A stretch of DNA of 64,000 nt from Dendrobates tinctorius (lineage: Eukaryota): assembly GCF_039654945.1 (NCBI RefSeq), contig NW_027361766.1, positions 26,350,001 through 26,414,000 of the forward strand, given 5' to 3'. Position numbers and translations under genes: made by a program. Positions 26,475-38,959 of the stretch are shown in pieces. Below the pieces are notes generated by a model that made no database searches, was not told the DNA's origin, and saw only the letters and a list, made by a program, of their open reading frames with translations. The number at the start of each line of letters is the position of its first letter. The first letter of the stretch is position 1.

Positions 26475-26703
26475 TTTTTTTAACACATCCTATTATGGTA
26501 CTTATTTTTATTCCAAGATCTGTAAATTTAAAGGTACTTTACTTAGAGATTGTACCATGAGTAATGTTTGGTTGAAAATCTGATCCTTTGATTTCTTTCT
26601 ACTGATGATTTGCCAATCAGAAATTTACATCACTTAGTGTAACACATTCACATATTCTCTCTATTTTCGTTCTGGTATGACGTTCCACCAATTTTCATTG
26701 CAG

Positions 26704-26838
26704 GAAGAGATGACTAGTGCTTTGGCCACAATGAGGGTCGATTATGAACAGATTAAGATAAAGAAAATTGAAGATGCCTCCAACCCACTTCTCCAGAAGA
26801 GGCGGAAGAAGATCACCCCTCATGTTGCCACTCATTGA
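26704..26838 (+). CDS. MAPKAPK2: MAPKAPK2 last coding exon
   Basis: ttgcag|GAA GAG ATG...CAT TGA; EEMTSALATMRVDYEQIKIKKIEDASNPLLQKRRKKITPHVATH*, with the MK2 NES (MTSALATMRV) and bipartite NLS/p38-docking segment. Confidence 0.97.
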   Translation, partial: EEMTSALATMRVDYEQIKIKKIEDASNPLLQKRRKKITPHVATH

Positions 26839-27003
26839 GCAAACGCCTTGTCTCACTCTGCTCTAGAACTGTTGGTGCCACTTACACCGGCTCAGTGTTA
26901 GCTGTAAATGTGGTTTATAAGTGCCACTGTAATAATAGGGGAGAGGGCTGCAAGTCTACTGGATTGACGCCCGACATGGGAAACCTCACGGTTTTCCGCC
27001 TTG

Positions 27004-27131
27004 NNNNNNNNNNNNNNNNNNNNNNNNNNNNNNNNNNNNNNNNNNNNNNNNNNNNNNNNNNNNNNNNNNNNNNNNNNNNNNNNNNNNNNNNNNNNNNNNN
27101 NNNNNNNNNNNNNNNNNNNNNNNNNNNNNNN
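27004..27131. other. Assembly gap (N run)
   Basis: Run of N. Confidence 1.
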
Positions 27132-27729
27132 GCAAAAGTGTTAAGCGACTGTTTTTGGAGACGAGGAGGAGTCTTTTGGCCTTAACAATAAGAAGTAATA
27201 TGTACTTTGGGTCTCATACTAAGAGGAGGTGATCATTATTTTATTTTAATTTTTTTTCCTGTGGGCAGTGGTACTGGGAATGTGCATCTCTGCAGAGTTT
27301 CTTCAGAGTACTGTTGCTTAGTAAAGGTGTCGGGCAGAGCTGCTTGGCCACTGTGCGTATTTAGAAGCATTTTTTACAATTTGCCAGGTAGATTGCGTCT
27401 TGTTCCATACCCTGCTCTGACCTGTGATAAAGTACTATATACGGCATATTTTTTTTTTTTTTCTTGATCTCTCTATCACTTTGCCATGAAATCTCACCCC
27501 ATCGTGTGTTTTAAGTGTGTAAATACATTGGAGCAAATTTTAATTTTGAAAACTATCACTGTATGTCTTTTTTCAATACCAAATGTGTTTTACTTGTTTA
27601 TCGGCTTTAGCTATGTGTTCAGTGCCTGTATCTTCATCACATTGCCTTAAATGCAACAATATACAGACCTTAAAGGGGTTGTCCAGTGAAAGCAAGTTAT
27701 CACCTATCCATACGAGGATGGGTGATAAC

Positions 27730-28023
27730 TAGTGATGAGCGGACGTGTTATCCGCTCATGCTCGTGTGCTAACCAAGTGACTTCAGCATGCTTGAATAAT
27801 ATGTTCGAGTCCCCGTGACTTCGTGTCGCGGCCGTTCATCAGCCTCAACACATGCAAGAATTGCCTGTTGGTTAATTAATCCCTGCGTGTGTTGCGTCTG
27901 CCGAACAGCCGTGAGACATGCAGGCGCAGGTAAACTTGACATATTCGAGCACACTGAAGTCACTCGGTTAGCACACGAGCATGCGTGGATAACGCCTTAC
28001 CCAAGCACATTCACTCATCACTA
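27730..28023. mobile_element. Non-autonomous hAT MITE, nested in a T2-type MITE that starts at 27674
   Basis: Perfect 8-bp TSD GTGATAAC (27722-27729; 28024-28031); TIRs TAGTGATGAG / CTCATCACTA. Confidence 0.9.
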
Positions 28024-28072
28024 GTGATAACTTATTGACCGGTGGGGGTCCAACTGCTGGGATCAACACTTT

Positions 28073-28286
28073 GGCCGGGGTCACACTTGCGAGTGCAATG
28101 CGAGAATTTCACGTGAGTCTCTCGCCTCAATACCCGGCACTGCAGCCAGCACTTGGGACCGAAGTGTGCGACTGCATGTCTTTCTATGCAGCTGAACGCT
28201 CCGGTCTGAACCGCCGGCGACAGTGCCGGGTATTGAGGCGAGAAGCGTGAGTTTCTCGCTTTGCACTCTCATGTGTGATCCCTGCT
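28073..28286. mobile_element. Harbinger-type palindromic MITE
   Basis: GGCCGGGGTCACACTTGCGAGTGCA ... TGCACTCTCATGTGTGATCCCTGCT; long internal inverted arms. Confidence 0.7.
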
Positions 28287-28964
28287 TTATCGGTAGAATG
28301 GTGCACTTTAATCCCTGACTAAGCACTTTTATTTACCATTCTCTATGGGCCTACTGGTGAAATCCTAGCTCAGCAGCCCCATAGGGAATGAATGGAGCTG
28401 CAGTTGGCCATGCACATTGCTGCTCATTCTAACCTGGAAAAGTGCCCTGTTCTGCCAATAGTTGCATGTCTCACCGGTTGGACACCCACCCATCAATGTT
28501 ATCAGCCTTCCCGGAGCTGGGTGATACCTTATTTTCACGAGGGTGCCCCTGATTAATGAAATGGGGTTTTTTTTGGTGTGTGTATGGGCTACACAGATAC
28601 ATCCAGCCAATCATGGTCTTGCAGCTACAATTTGCCATGGTAATTATGATGTAAGAAAATATATTTCGCCTGAAGCATCTTTTGAAGAAATTACTTTTTT
28701 TTTTTTTTTTTTTTTTCTTCCAACATTAAGGGTGGAGAACTCCAAATATATTTTGACTCCTTTACTTACCTGTGCCAGCCAAGACATTGGTGCCTCTTCT
28801 CACTAATTAATTTCGTGGCACTAGTGCAGTCCTCTATTCAATTTCTAATCATATGAATGGAGATACTGCGCATAGTAAATGGACTAATAATTTTTGGAAG
28901 ACCCTGGTAACACTTTTTTCCCAATGTTTATTTTTCATGAAAATGCCAAAATTAGGTGTTGACA

Positions 28965-29088
28965 AAAGCATATTGTTCCAAACGTCTCATAACGGTAGCG
29001 AAATATCCTGAGACTCGCAAAAATCAAAGCATATTGTTCCAATCGTCTCATAACGGTAGCGAAATATCCTGAGACTCGCAAAAATCAA
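28965..29088. repeat. 61-bp tandem duplication (2 copies)
   Basis: AAAGCATATTGTTCCAA(A/T)CGTCTCATAACGGTAGCGAAATATCCTGAGACTCGCAAAAATC at 28965 and 29026. Confidence 0.95.
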
Positions 29089-30212
29089 TGTCTGTTATCC
29101 ATCTTCACCATTCACATCTGATGGACTGTTATATGAACTGTATGTGTGGAGTAACTGAAGGGGGGTTATGGGGTAAGCTGTGTTACATTTTTGTAATTCC
29201 ATCCTTGCTCTAGTGTGTTCTGCAAATTTAATTTTCCTGCTCTGTGTGAGCTCCAGATTTTCACTGTTCTCTTGAAAGCAATATCTTTTTTGAAATTGTT
29301 GTAAAATTATAATTTTGTATGATCAAGTTGTTTTACTAAACAATTTTAATATTTGGAAACCCTGAGTGTTCAGTACTTTGTTTCCGTGTGTGTAGATTTT
29401 AATATATGGAAGTTTTTTTTTTTTTTTCTCCAGTAAGAGACCGTAAGCACTAACACATACCGTGGTGGTAGATGGTCATCCCCCCCCAGGTTGCAATCTA
29501 AATACCTGACATTACACAGTGTCTTAGGTTGTCAGTAAATATTAGTTTACGGAAGGGGCAGAAACTGTATGTTCTCCCTATGTTTGCATGGGTTTCTACC
29601 AAACTCCTTGTGGGTGTTGCCCTCAGTTTGATTTGAATGAAAGTCTTTTTAACCCTATCTGAGAGCAGTATAATGTTGGGGCAGAGACCCTGATTCCAGC
29701 AATGTATCATTTATTGGGCTGCTTGCTGCAGTTTTGACAAATTACGTTTTTGCCATCTGTAAATCTATCAGTTCTTTGAATGCAGAGCTCTGTATATCCC
29801 CATCCACACCACTGATTGGCTGTTGTGTACACTGTGTATAGGCGGAAAGCGGCCAATCTGTGATTTAGGTTTGGCTGTACTACATGATAGCAGGGTTACT
29901 AGTCTTCTAGTGATAATGGCTAATGATAAAACGGGACTCATTAAAGTGGTGGGATACCGTGAAACTGCTGTAGTCGACTATGCTACCAACTTCCCCCTGC
30001 AGACATTTTTTATATCTTCTATGTGAAGTAATGAAAGATCAATCTAACGGTATGGTGAGTGAATTGGTGAATTTCTCTCTAAGGGCAGAGACACACTGCC
30101 GTACTTTTCTTCCGAGAATCTCATTGTAAAACTCGCACTGGCTGTCTGCTCTCCTGACCTGAGCTTGACAGCTGCATAGTAATCCATCTTGCTGTCCTGC
30201 TCATTTCAGGAG

Positions 30213-30577
30213 TAGAGTTGAGCGACCTTGGTCAGGTCGGGTTTCGTGAAACCTGACAAACAAAATTTGAGTCGGATGAAACTGGTCTGACTACTGCAAA
30301 AAAAGTCGGAGTTTCGTCCGAAACCCGACCCCAATGCAAGTCAATGGGGAATAAAAGTCGGCATTGAGTGAATGAATGTCATCTGCTCAATGCCGACTTT
30401 TATTTCCCATTGACTTGCATTGGGGTCGGGTTTCGGACAAAACTGTGTTTTTTGTTTTTTTTTTTTTTGTTTTTTTTTGTTTTGTTTTTTTCCCTAGTCG
30501 GACCAGTTTCATCCGACTCAAATTTTGTTTCAGTCGGGTTTCACGAAACCCGATCCGACCAAAGTCGCTCAACTCTA
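30213..30577. mobile_element. Palindromic non-autonomous hAT MITE
   Basis: TIRs TAGAGTTGAGCGAC / GTCGCTCAACTCTA; TSD TTCAGGAG / GTCAGGAG (7/8); whole element is a near-perfect fold-back. Confidence 0.9.
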
Positions 30578-31973
30578 GTCAGGAGAGGTGCCGGCCAGTC
30601 CGTTCAGTGCGATGCGATTATCGCAGGAGAAATACGCCAGTGTGTCTCTGGTCATGTACATGTGTGATGTGAACATTGTGATCCTTCCCAATTCAGCCCT
30701 TTTACGTAACCTCTTTGATTTGGTGATGGGTAGCAGTCCCTAGCATCAAAACTTCTGAAACTTATCCTTTAACATGACAAAACTTAGTTTACAAAAAAAA
30801 ATAAATTTTAGTTTTTGTTTAGCATTTTCCGTACATGTAACATATATGTCGAGTGCCGATGTATGGAGCGAGCCCTGGAGCTGACCCGGCACCTGTCCCT
30901 AGTGTTAGGGGTTATACTGCTGTAGTATTACCCCTTAGATGTCACTGTCAATCTCAGCGGCATTTCAATGGTTGGATTCTGGGGTTGAGGCCCTCTTTGG
31001 CATCAACCGTGAACTGCCAATGGTGTTTGCATGGCATACAGGGGCCTGAAGGGGTCCCATCTGCATTGCTGATACTGTGGCACCATCCGGACATCGTATG
31101 TGGAGAGACTTGACTCCTTGCTGGCGACATAGGTTGTAATTAATGATGAGCGAATGTGCTCAGATAGCGTGTTATCCCAGCATGCTCGTGTGTTGTCCGA
31201 GCATTTTAGGCGTGCTCGAATAATATGTTCGAGCCCTTGCAGCTGTTTGACCACGTTCAGTATTTGGTGAGTTTTTTTTTACCAAAGCCAAAAGCAGGAG
31301 AGGAACAATCAGAGGAAAAGTGTAATAGAAACATGTCACCACTTCTGGATTTATCACCCACTCCTGGTTTTGGCTTACACATACTGAGGTAAAATACTGA
31401 CCAGATACTGAACGTGTGAACATGGCCTTAGACCGCTGGCAACACATGCCGGGATTGCTTAACAAACACATGTATTGTGCATGGCACTTTTGAATTGGAA
31501 TACTCTCGGGAGTTCAGATATTTGTCTTTCCAACTATACCACTCGGCTCAGATGATTGTTGGTAAACTACTGTACAACTCCTAGCATCTGGTTTGTAACG
31601 ATCATTGCATTGTACTAAAATCTATACCGATAATGAATAACATGTATGAGGGGCATTCAATAATTATCTACTTGAATATGAAAACCATTTTCTCTGAAAG
31701 TTTTGACCTTGCTATATTTCACTGTAGTCCCCCTTAACTTCAACACACTTATTCCACTTGGCCTCCAGTGATCGGATGCCCTCAGAATAGTAGACTTTTT
31801 GCTGCTGTGGCGGGTCACAGGAGGCAGGAGCCTGCGGATGTAACTGTGCCCGCTGCTAAAGAGAGAGGAATACTCATTGCACTGGCAATTAATATTAGTT
31901 TCTCTTATAGCGTGCATAGTTGCAGCCACTGGCTTCCAGCAGCTGTAAAAAAAAAACAAAACACCTACTTACC

Positions 31974-34900
31974 TTTATTCGGACTCCCATGACAGCACCA
32001 CGAGAGAGGGGATCCGCCCTATAGGAACAGGAAACCTACAGATACAAAAAGGGCGGCACCTCTCCCACGCATCAGTTGGTTTCCTGTTCCTGAGGGGATG
32101 GGATCCTACAGAAGAGCCGGATCCCAGGCCGGCCAGCCGATACCGGTAGCGAGGGGGTCTCCTACTGGCGGGCGGAGGATGCGCTTCCGGGTCAGCGCGC
32201 CACTGCGCATGCGCGAGGAATCCAAGATGGCGGCGCCCATCGGAAACACCGATAGCGTCGGCTTTCGGACCGGGTCCGGCGCCAGCTGGGGTAGGGAGCC
32301 CTGTTAAGGGGGGGAGGGGCGCGGTATGGATACTGCTGACCGGAGGAGGGGTATTTAGGCAGGACCCTGACAGGGTACCTTGCCTTGGCCACATTATTAC
32401 ATGCAGCAGCGTACAGCAGCAGCAGTGGTAATGGAGAGTGATCGAGAGCAGCGGCAGAAGCAAGGGCGACAGCAGCGGCAAACATCACTGCCGCCCCTGG
32501 ATGACCTTCGGCAGGTCAAACAGAAAAAGAAAGTGTCCCGTGACAGTAATGAGCGGCCGGGACGAAGTGACCAGTCCACTCGTAAGAGCTCCTCCAGGCA
32601 GACAGGAGCATCGACCGAAAGAAATCCCCCTCGTACTCCGGTACTTGATTGTGGCACTGGTAAGTGATCTTCGTGAAAGTTCACTCAGTGACGGGACCCC
32701 CCTTCTGTGTTTTTTTTCTAGGGGAAAAAAGCTACAAGTAAAAATAAACATAGGGAATGCGCACTCTGTGCATGCCCATTACCGGACGCGTGCCTCAAAA
32801 AATTGTGCCCCCCCCTGTATTCAGCAGACGGTGGCAGAAGAGTCGCCCGCGGTAGCGGCGAGTTTAAGGGACATTGTCAGGGCAGAAATGAGGGAAACCC
32901 TAAAGTTCTTGTCCCAGCCGGAAAGTCTAAGGGGCGAGGTCCCGGCGGAGTCCGATTCCTCGGTAGAGTGGAGAAAAAGCAGAGACTCCCAGGCTTCATC
33001 TCCCTCGTCCTCCTCAGGAGAAGAGGACTCGGGGCGATTTTGTCTGCCTCTTGACCGGGTAGACAAGCTAGTCAAAGCAGTCAGAGGGACAATGGAGGTA
33101 GAGGAGCCTAAGCCCCAATTGTCCATGCAGGATGTCATGTTCTGTGGGCTGGAACAGAGGAAGCGGAGAGTCTTTCCGTTAAATCAAAAGATACAGGATC
33201 TGATCCACAGAGAGTGGGGAAAAAACTGGACAAAAGAGGGTCGCTACCACCAGCCCTCAAACGAAGATACCCCTTCGACGATCCGGCAGTGAATTCTTGG
33301 GACAGAGCCCCCAAATTAGACGCAGCCATTGCAAAGGCATCAAAAAAATCCTCGCTCCCCTTTGAGGACATGGGATCCCTTAAAGATCCCCTAGACAGGA
33401 AGGCTGATACTTTCCTGAAAAACACCTGGGAAATGGCGGCCGGGTCCTTAAGACCAGCAGTGGCTTCAACGTGCACGGCCAGGTCCATGATGGTCTGGTT
33501 GGACCAGTTGGAGTCACAACTAAAACAGGGTACATCAAGACAGACAATTCTTGGGGCCCTACCGACCATCCAGGAGGGAGCAGCCTTCCTAGCAGATGCC
33601 TCAGCGGATGCAGTGAGAATGGCCGCCAGAGCAGCAGGTCTCTCTAATGCAGCTCACAGAGCCCTGTGGCTAAAGTGCTGGCAGGGAGACATCCAGTCCA
33701 GAGCAAAGCTCTGTGCGATTCCATGTGAGGGCGAATATTTGTTTGGAGCTGTCCTAGACGAGCTGCTTGAGAAGGCGGGGGACGACAAGAAAAAATTCCC
33801 AAACCTTTCGTCTGCGTCCTACCATCGTCCATTTGGTAGAAGGAGATTTGGCCAGGGGAGAAGGCGCAACTCTTCGCCTATTAGAGATCGGCCCAGATGG
33901 GAAGACAGAAGGAGACGAGGTACGGGCTATATGTTCACACGCTCGTCGAGAGATCAAAAGAGACCAAATCAATGACTAGCAATTCCCGTGGGGGGTAGAC
34001 TGTCATCCTTCCCGGCATGGTCACAGATTACGAATAGTGACTGGGTGCGCAAGGTAATATCCACCGGGCTTAGGTTGGAATTTACCCAGATCCTGCGGGA
34101 CACCTTTAAACTAACCCCCTTAAGATCTTCTCATCTCGAACAAGCGGCTTTAGAAGCGGAAGTCTTGAGCCTATGCCAGAAAAATGTCCTGGTAGAGGTT
34201 CCAGAAGCTGAAAGAGGAAGAGGGTTTTACTTTCCCCTGTTTCTAATCCAGAAACCTGATAAGACATTCAGAACGATTATAAACCTTCGTTCCCTTAACG
34301 AGTTTTTGATTAATCGTACATTTAAAATGGAGTCCATTAATACAACAATAAAAATATTGTTTAAAGGTTGTTTTATGGCAGTCATAGATTTGAAAGATGC
34401 GTACTATCATGTACCTATCCATACAGACTTCCAGCAGTTCCTGAGGGTGGCAGTTTCAGTAGAGGGCACAGTGCGTCATTTTCAGTATAGAGCCCTTCCC
34501 TTTGTTCTCTCAGCAGCACCCAGGGTTTTTACAAAGATAGTGGCCGAAGTTATGGCTCATTTACGGGAGGTTGACGTCTTAATCATTCCATATTTAGACA
34601 ATTTCTTGATTGTAGGAAAATCAGTGGGTCATTGTAAATCCCAGATGGGAAAAGCTAGATCCAGGTTAGAAAACCTTGGATGGATTTTAAACTACGAGAA
34701 ATCCCGACTCCAGCCCTTAAAAATACAGAAATTTTTAGGGTTATTACTAAATTCAGAGACTCAGCAGTGCCTGCTGCCACTAGATAAATTACAAAAGATA
34801 CAGGAGCAGGTTCTTCGGGCAATTGATAATCCATCTATGACCCTCAGACAGGCCATGTCCCTGTTAGGCTCTCTAACGTCATGCATCCCAGCAGTTAGGT

Positions 34901-37253
34901 GGGCACAATTCCATACCAGACCCCTTCAAAACGACGTCTTGGTTAATAGCAGGGCCCTGGAAGGCTCCTTACAAGGTCGGATGTTGCTAAGCCCCTCAAC
35001 TGTTACATCACTGAGATGGTGGCTTGATAGCGAGAACCTAGCGTCAGGGGTGCCCTGGATAACACAGATAACCCGTATTATAACCACAGACGCAAGTTCC
35101 TTCGGTTGGGGAGCCCATATGGGGGACATAGTGTTACAGGGACAGTGGGATTCTGATTCTGAAATCTCATCCAACCAGAGAGAGCTATTGGCGATAGAAC
35201 GGGCAGTCAAGAAACTCATTATCTACCTACAGGGCCATCATGTGAGGATACACTCGGACAACCAGGTAGCGGTAGCATATGTCAACCACCAAGGTGGAAC
35301 CCGCTCCAGCGCTCTGATGCAGATAACAGAACGGCTCCTCCAGATAGCAGAGAGAAATTGTCTATCTTTAACCACGCTCCACATCAGCGGAAAGGACAAC
35401 GTAAGAGCAGACTTTTTAAGCCGCAAGGCTCTAAGACAAGGAGAATGGGCTTTGAACAAAGATTTACCACCAGATTGTCCGCAGATGGGGTCAGCCAGAG
35501 GTAGACCTCTTTGCCACCAGAGAAAACAGAAAAGAAAGATTGTTCTGCTCTCTGAACCCCAGGGAAGATCCCCTGGCGGTGGATGCCCTCCTGATAAGAT
35601 GGGACTTTTCTCTGGCATACGCCTTCCCACCATTGAATCTTCTTCCTCTGGTAGTCAGGAAGATCAGAGAGGATCGGGCAAAAGTCATACTGATTGCCCC
35701 CTTTTGGCCCAGGAGGACCTGGTTCGCGTGGTTGAGGACCATGTCGGTATGCGATCCCTGGGTGCTGCCGAACCTTCCGGATCTCCTCTACCAGGGGCCA
35801 GTCAGCCACCCACAAGTAGCGGGACTTCATTTGACGGCGTGGCGTTTGAAAGGTCACTATTAAAAGATAGAGGGTTCTCCAAGAACTTAATTGACACCCT
35901 CCTAAAAAGCAGAAAATTAACTACCACTAATATCTATGCTAGGACCTGGAAACGCTTCCTGTCCACCTTTCACTTTGACATCAGAGACGGAATTCCCACG
36001 AAACATATTCTGGAATTTCTCCAGAAAGGTTTCGAATTGGGTCTCTCCACAAGTGCGCTAAAAGTGCAAGTTTCAGCCTTAGGGGCCCTGTTTGCAGGTG
36101 ATATTGCAAAAAATTATTGGGTAGCAAGGTTCATCAGAGCAGCGGCCAGATCGAGACCTATACACAAAGACAGATGCGTGCCGTGGGACTTAAACTTAGT
36201 CCTTACAGCCATGACGGAAAGTCCGTTTGAACCTTTAGATTCCGCCTCACTAAAGGTTATATCTCTTAAGACAGCATTTCTGGTAGCGATAACATCTGCA
36301 CGTAGGGTGAGCGACATACAGGCACTTTCCAGATTGCCCCCTTACACAGAGTTCTTACAGGATAGAGTAATCCTAAGGCCAGATCCAGCATACCTTCCCA
36401 AGGTAGCAACACAATTCCACAGGACATAGTTCTGCCTTCCTTCCTCCCTAATCCAACCAACCCTAAAGAGCAGAAACTTCAGGCGTTAGATATTAGGAGA
36501 TGCTTACTGACATATTTAGCAGCCACGGATCCTTGGAAGGAGAACGCATTATTCCTATCCTTCCAAGGTCCCAGGAAAGGATACAGAGTATCAAAACGCA
36601 CATTAGCAAGGTGGATTAGGGAGGCTATCTCTCTTGCCTACACAGCAGGTGGCGGCCCAGCTCCACAGAATCTGAGGGCGCATTCCACTCGGGCCATGGC
36701 ATCATCCTGGGCGGAAAGATCTGGAGTATCAATTGATCAAATATGTAAGGCGGCCACCTGGTCATCTCCTTCCACCTTTTTTAACCACTATCGGTTAGAC
36801 ATGGGTGCCTCCTCAGACCTCACCTTCGGGCTAAGGGTGCTGCAGGCTGTAGTCCCTCCCTAAGTTAGTTTACATCTCTGTAATTCTCTCGTGGTGCTGT
36901 CATGGGAGTCCGAATAAAGTATTAAGTTACGTAACGGTATTTTTCGGAAGCCCATGACAGCACCCTTAGTTCCCTCCCTTGTTCACATATAGGGGTGCAC
37001 TCCTTTAGAAGATTGTTCATAAAATCACCTTATGTGGGAGATGGTATAAAATAATTCTGGTAGATAGGTTGTATATATTATATGTTGTGTACTAACCATG
37101 GTAGCCTCTCAAGCTCTGTAATCCAACTGATGCGTGGGAGAGGTGCCGCCCTTTTTGTATCTGTAGGTTTCCTGTTCCTATAGGGCGGATCCCCTCGTGG
37201 TGCTGTCATGGGCTTCCGAAAAATACTGTTACCGGTACGTAACTTAATACTTT
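31974..37253 (+). mobile_element. DIRS-like retrotransposon (copy 3, least decayed)
   Basis: Starts TTTATTCGGACTCCCATGACAGCACC and ends ...AACTTAATACTTT; ICR 36885-36964 with junction GAAT-AAA-GTATT; ITR ~37120-37212; ORF1 ~32430-33975; RT/RNase H/MT and YR downstream. Confidence 0.96.
33988..36863 (+). pseudogene. DIRS pol (RT-RNase H-methyltransferase-like) and overlapping tyrosine recombinase, frameshifted
   Basis: IDLKDAYYH, YLDN (YLDD mutated), TTDAS; MT-like segment in another frame (35540-35863, AYAFPP..APFWP); YR motifs SARRVSDI and AHSTRA..TFFNHY, with the frame broken near 36425. Confidence 0.9.
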
Positions 37254-38134
37254 CCTGCGCGCCCTTGCAACATCTTGTTTTGGCTTCCAGCAGGTCCTGC
37301 GGCCGAGCGATCACGGTGAGCCAGGTCTGGACGGTAAAGTGAATGGTTAAGCTCCATGAAGCATCATTCCCTCATAGCAGTCATTGTGAGCTGGTGAATT
37401 GTCATGAAGCAGCAATACACCAACCAATGACTTACCACGGTGTTTCTCTTTGGTTGCCTCATGTGATGCCTTCATGATCGAAGCATAGGTGTCTCCAATA
37501 ATTGGGGTCTTGTGTGGAATGACTTTTCACAATAAAACTTTGTTTCCCATAAAACTGGTGCCATGATCTTTCCAGCTGACTCCTGGATGGAAATTTTTTT
37601 TGGAGTTTGTGACCCCTTGGGCTTCCATTGCAAGGACTTTTGTTTGGTCGCAGGATCTTGGTGGTGGACCTATGTTTTGTACCCTGATAATTTGAGAATA
37701 GAAGTTTCCTGTATTTTCTCTAAGCTTGTCTAAATTCCATCTGGGAACTGACCTGTGACATCAAAACATAATGAATGATACTGGAAACGTGCCGACTGAA
37801 ATGCCTAATTCATGAGCTATAACACTGACTTTGACCCAACGAGCCTCCAAAATCAGGGCGTCCACTTTACGGCATATTTCCGCAAGATTCTTCAACAGGT
37901 TGCCTGTAAACTGCTTGGCACAAAACTTTTCTTGATGGTAGTATGGTGCATCTTCACCATATACAGCGATTTATCCTCTTATGGATTTCTTTAACCCTCT
38001 TCTTTTTGTAAGTAATTTAATCATGGAACGAAGCTTCAAATCCCTCATAATCACTGTACTGCACTTGCCATCCTGTCACTTCCAGTGCTTTCATCAGACT
38101 GAACTTCTACTGTCGAATGTTCAGACATATCTCA

Positions 38135-38675
38135 CAAAAAAAGAGCATGAACCGCACCTCCAAAATAATACATTGATCTAATGCCGCTAGGCAACAATAT
38201 ATATAACTGAACATGACGTTCTTAATGTAACATTCTGATCCAACTGTATGAAGCCCACTGCCACGTCACGGCAAACCTCGTAGTGGGTCCCTATCGCCCT
38301 AATGGAGTGGAGCCATGCGTCTTCCACCAGCACATCGGCAATGCACCAGCAGGGCAGACAGCCCGGTGTCACCAGATCGTACTGCCTCACCACCCATGGG
38401 GACTCCGTCTTGCAGCATGGGTGCTGTGAGACGCCAGGCCACCTGCCCTACCGGTGCATTGCCGCTGTGGCGGTTGTCGGTGCATGGCTCTGCTCCGATA
38501 AGGCAGTAGGGACCCACTGCGAAGTTTGCCGTGACCTGACAGTGGGCTTCATACAGTCTGATTGGAATGTTAAATGAAGAACCTAATTAATGTTCAGTAA
38601 TATATATTTTTGCCTAGCAGCATTAAATCATTGTATGATTTTTGGGGGTGCTGTAAATTCTCTTTTTTCAGCATA
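38135..38675. mobile_element. Fold-back insertion with 14-bp TSD (possibly inverted Penelope-like pLTR pair)
   Basis: Inverted arms ~38139-38370 vs ~38430-38668; flanking direct repeat TCAGACA(T/C)ATCTCA at 38121-38134 and 38676-38689. The family assignment is inference. Confidence 0.6.
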
Positions 38676-38959
38676 TCAGACACATCTCAACATGCACAGA
38701 AAAGGTCCGCTCTCTAACACTGACACAACATGCTGGGCAGCATCGTGTGCTAGGGCAGTTGTACAGAACATTTTTTATTTTAGTTTTTTTAAAAGTTCTG
38801 ATATTTTGAAAAAAATGTGGCCAAAACATTGCAACTCTATTAAAATTTTTTTTAAGGTGCAAAATAAAAAGGCGTCTTTATCCGAGTTGATATCCGCAAC
38901 AATCTTATCTGGACCTGTTTCTTTGGTCGCACCATGTTTGCCAACTCCCATGCTGCTTT

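Larger units (their letters stand above)
26839..29360 (+). other. MAPKAPK2: Probable MAPKAPK2 3' UTR (end uncertain)
   Basis: Follows the stop codon; U-rich non-repetitive stretches; variant signal ACTAAA at 29335-29340 followed by a GT-rich tract (~29373-29393). The end point is an inference. Confidence 0.4.
31646..37900 (-). mobile_element. Old mariner-like remnant interrupted by DIRS copy 3 (ends approximate)
   Basis: Minus-strand remnants LLHDNSPAH and YRPDLAHRD (cf. mariner YSPDLAPSD) at ~37310-37415; TA(T)GAGGGG-like end at ~31646. Confidence 0.5.

Noticed and set aside
33988-36429. 813-aa ORF that looks like a novel RT-RNase H-tyrosine recombinase fusion
   Set aside because: A frameshift near 35460 moves the pol frame into the overlapping YR frame. 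The missing MT-like domain is present in another frame (35540-35863) and the RT motif is YLDN, so this is decay or sequencing error.
38244-38292. Possible hammerhead ribozyme or SECIS element (CTGTATGAAG..GGCAAAC)
   Set aside because: Lacks the exact CUGANGA/GAAA core, and lacks the SECIS AA spacing and 3' GA; kept only as an unassigned hairpin.
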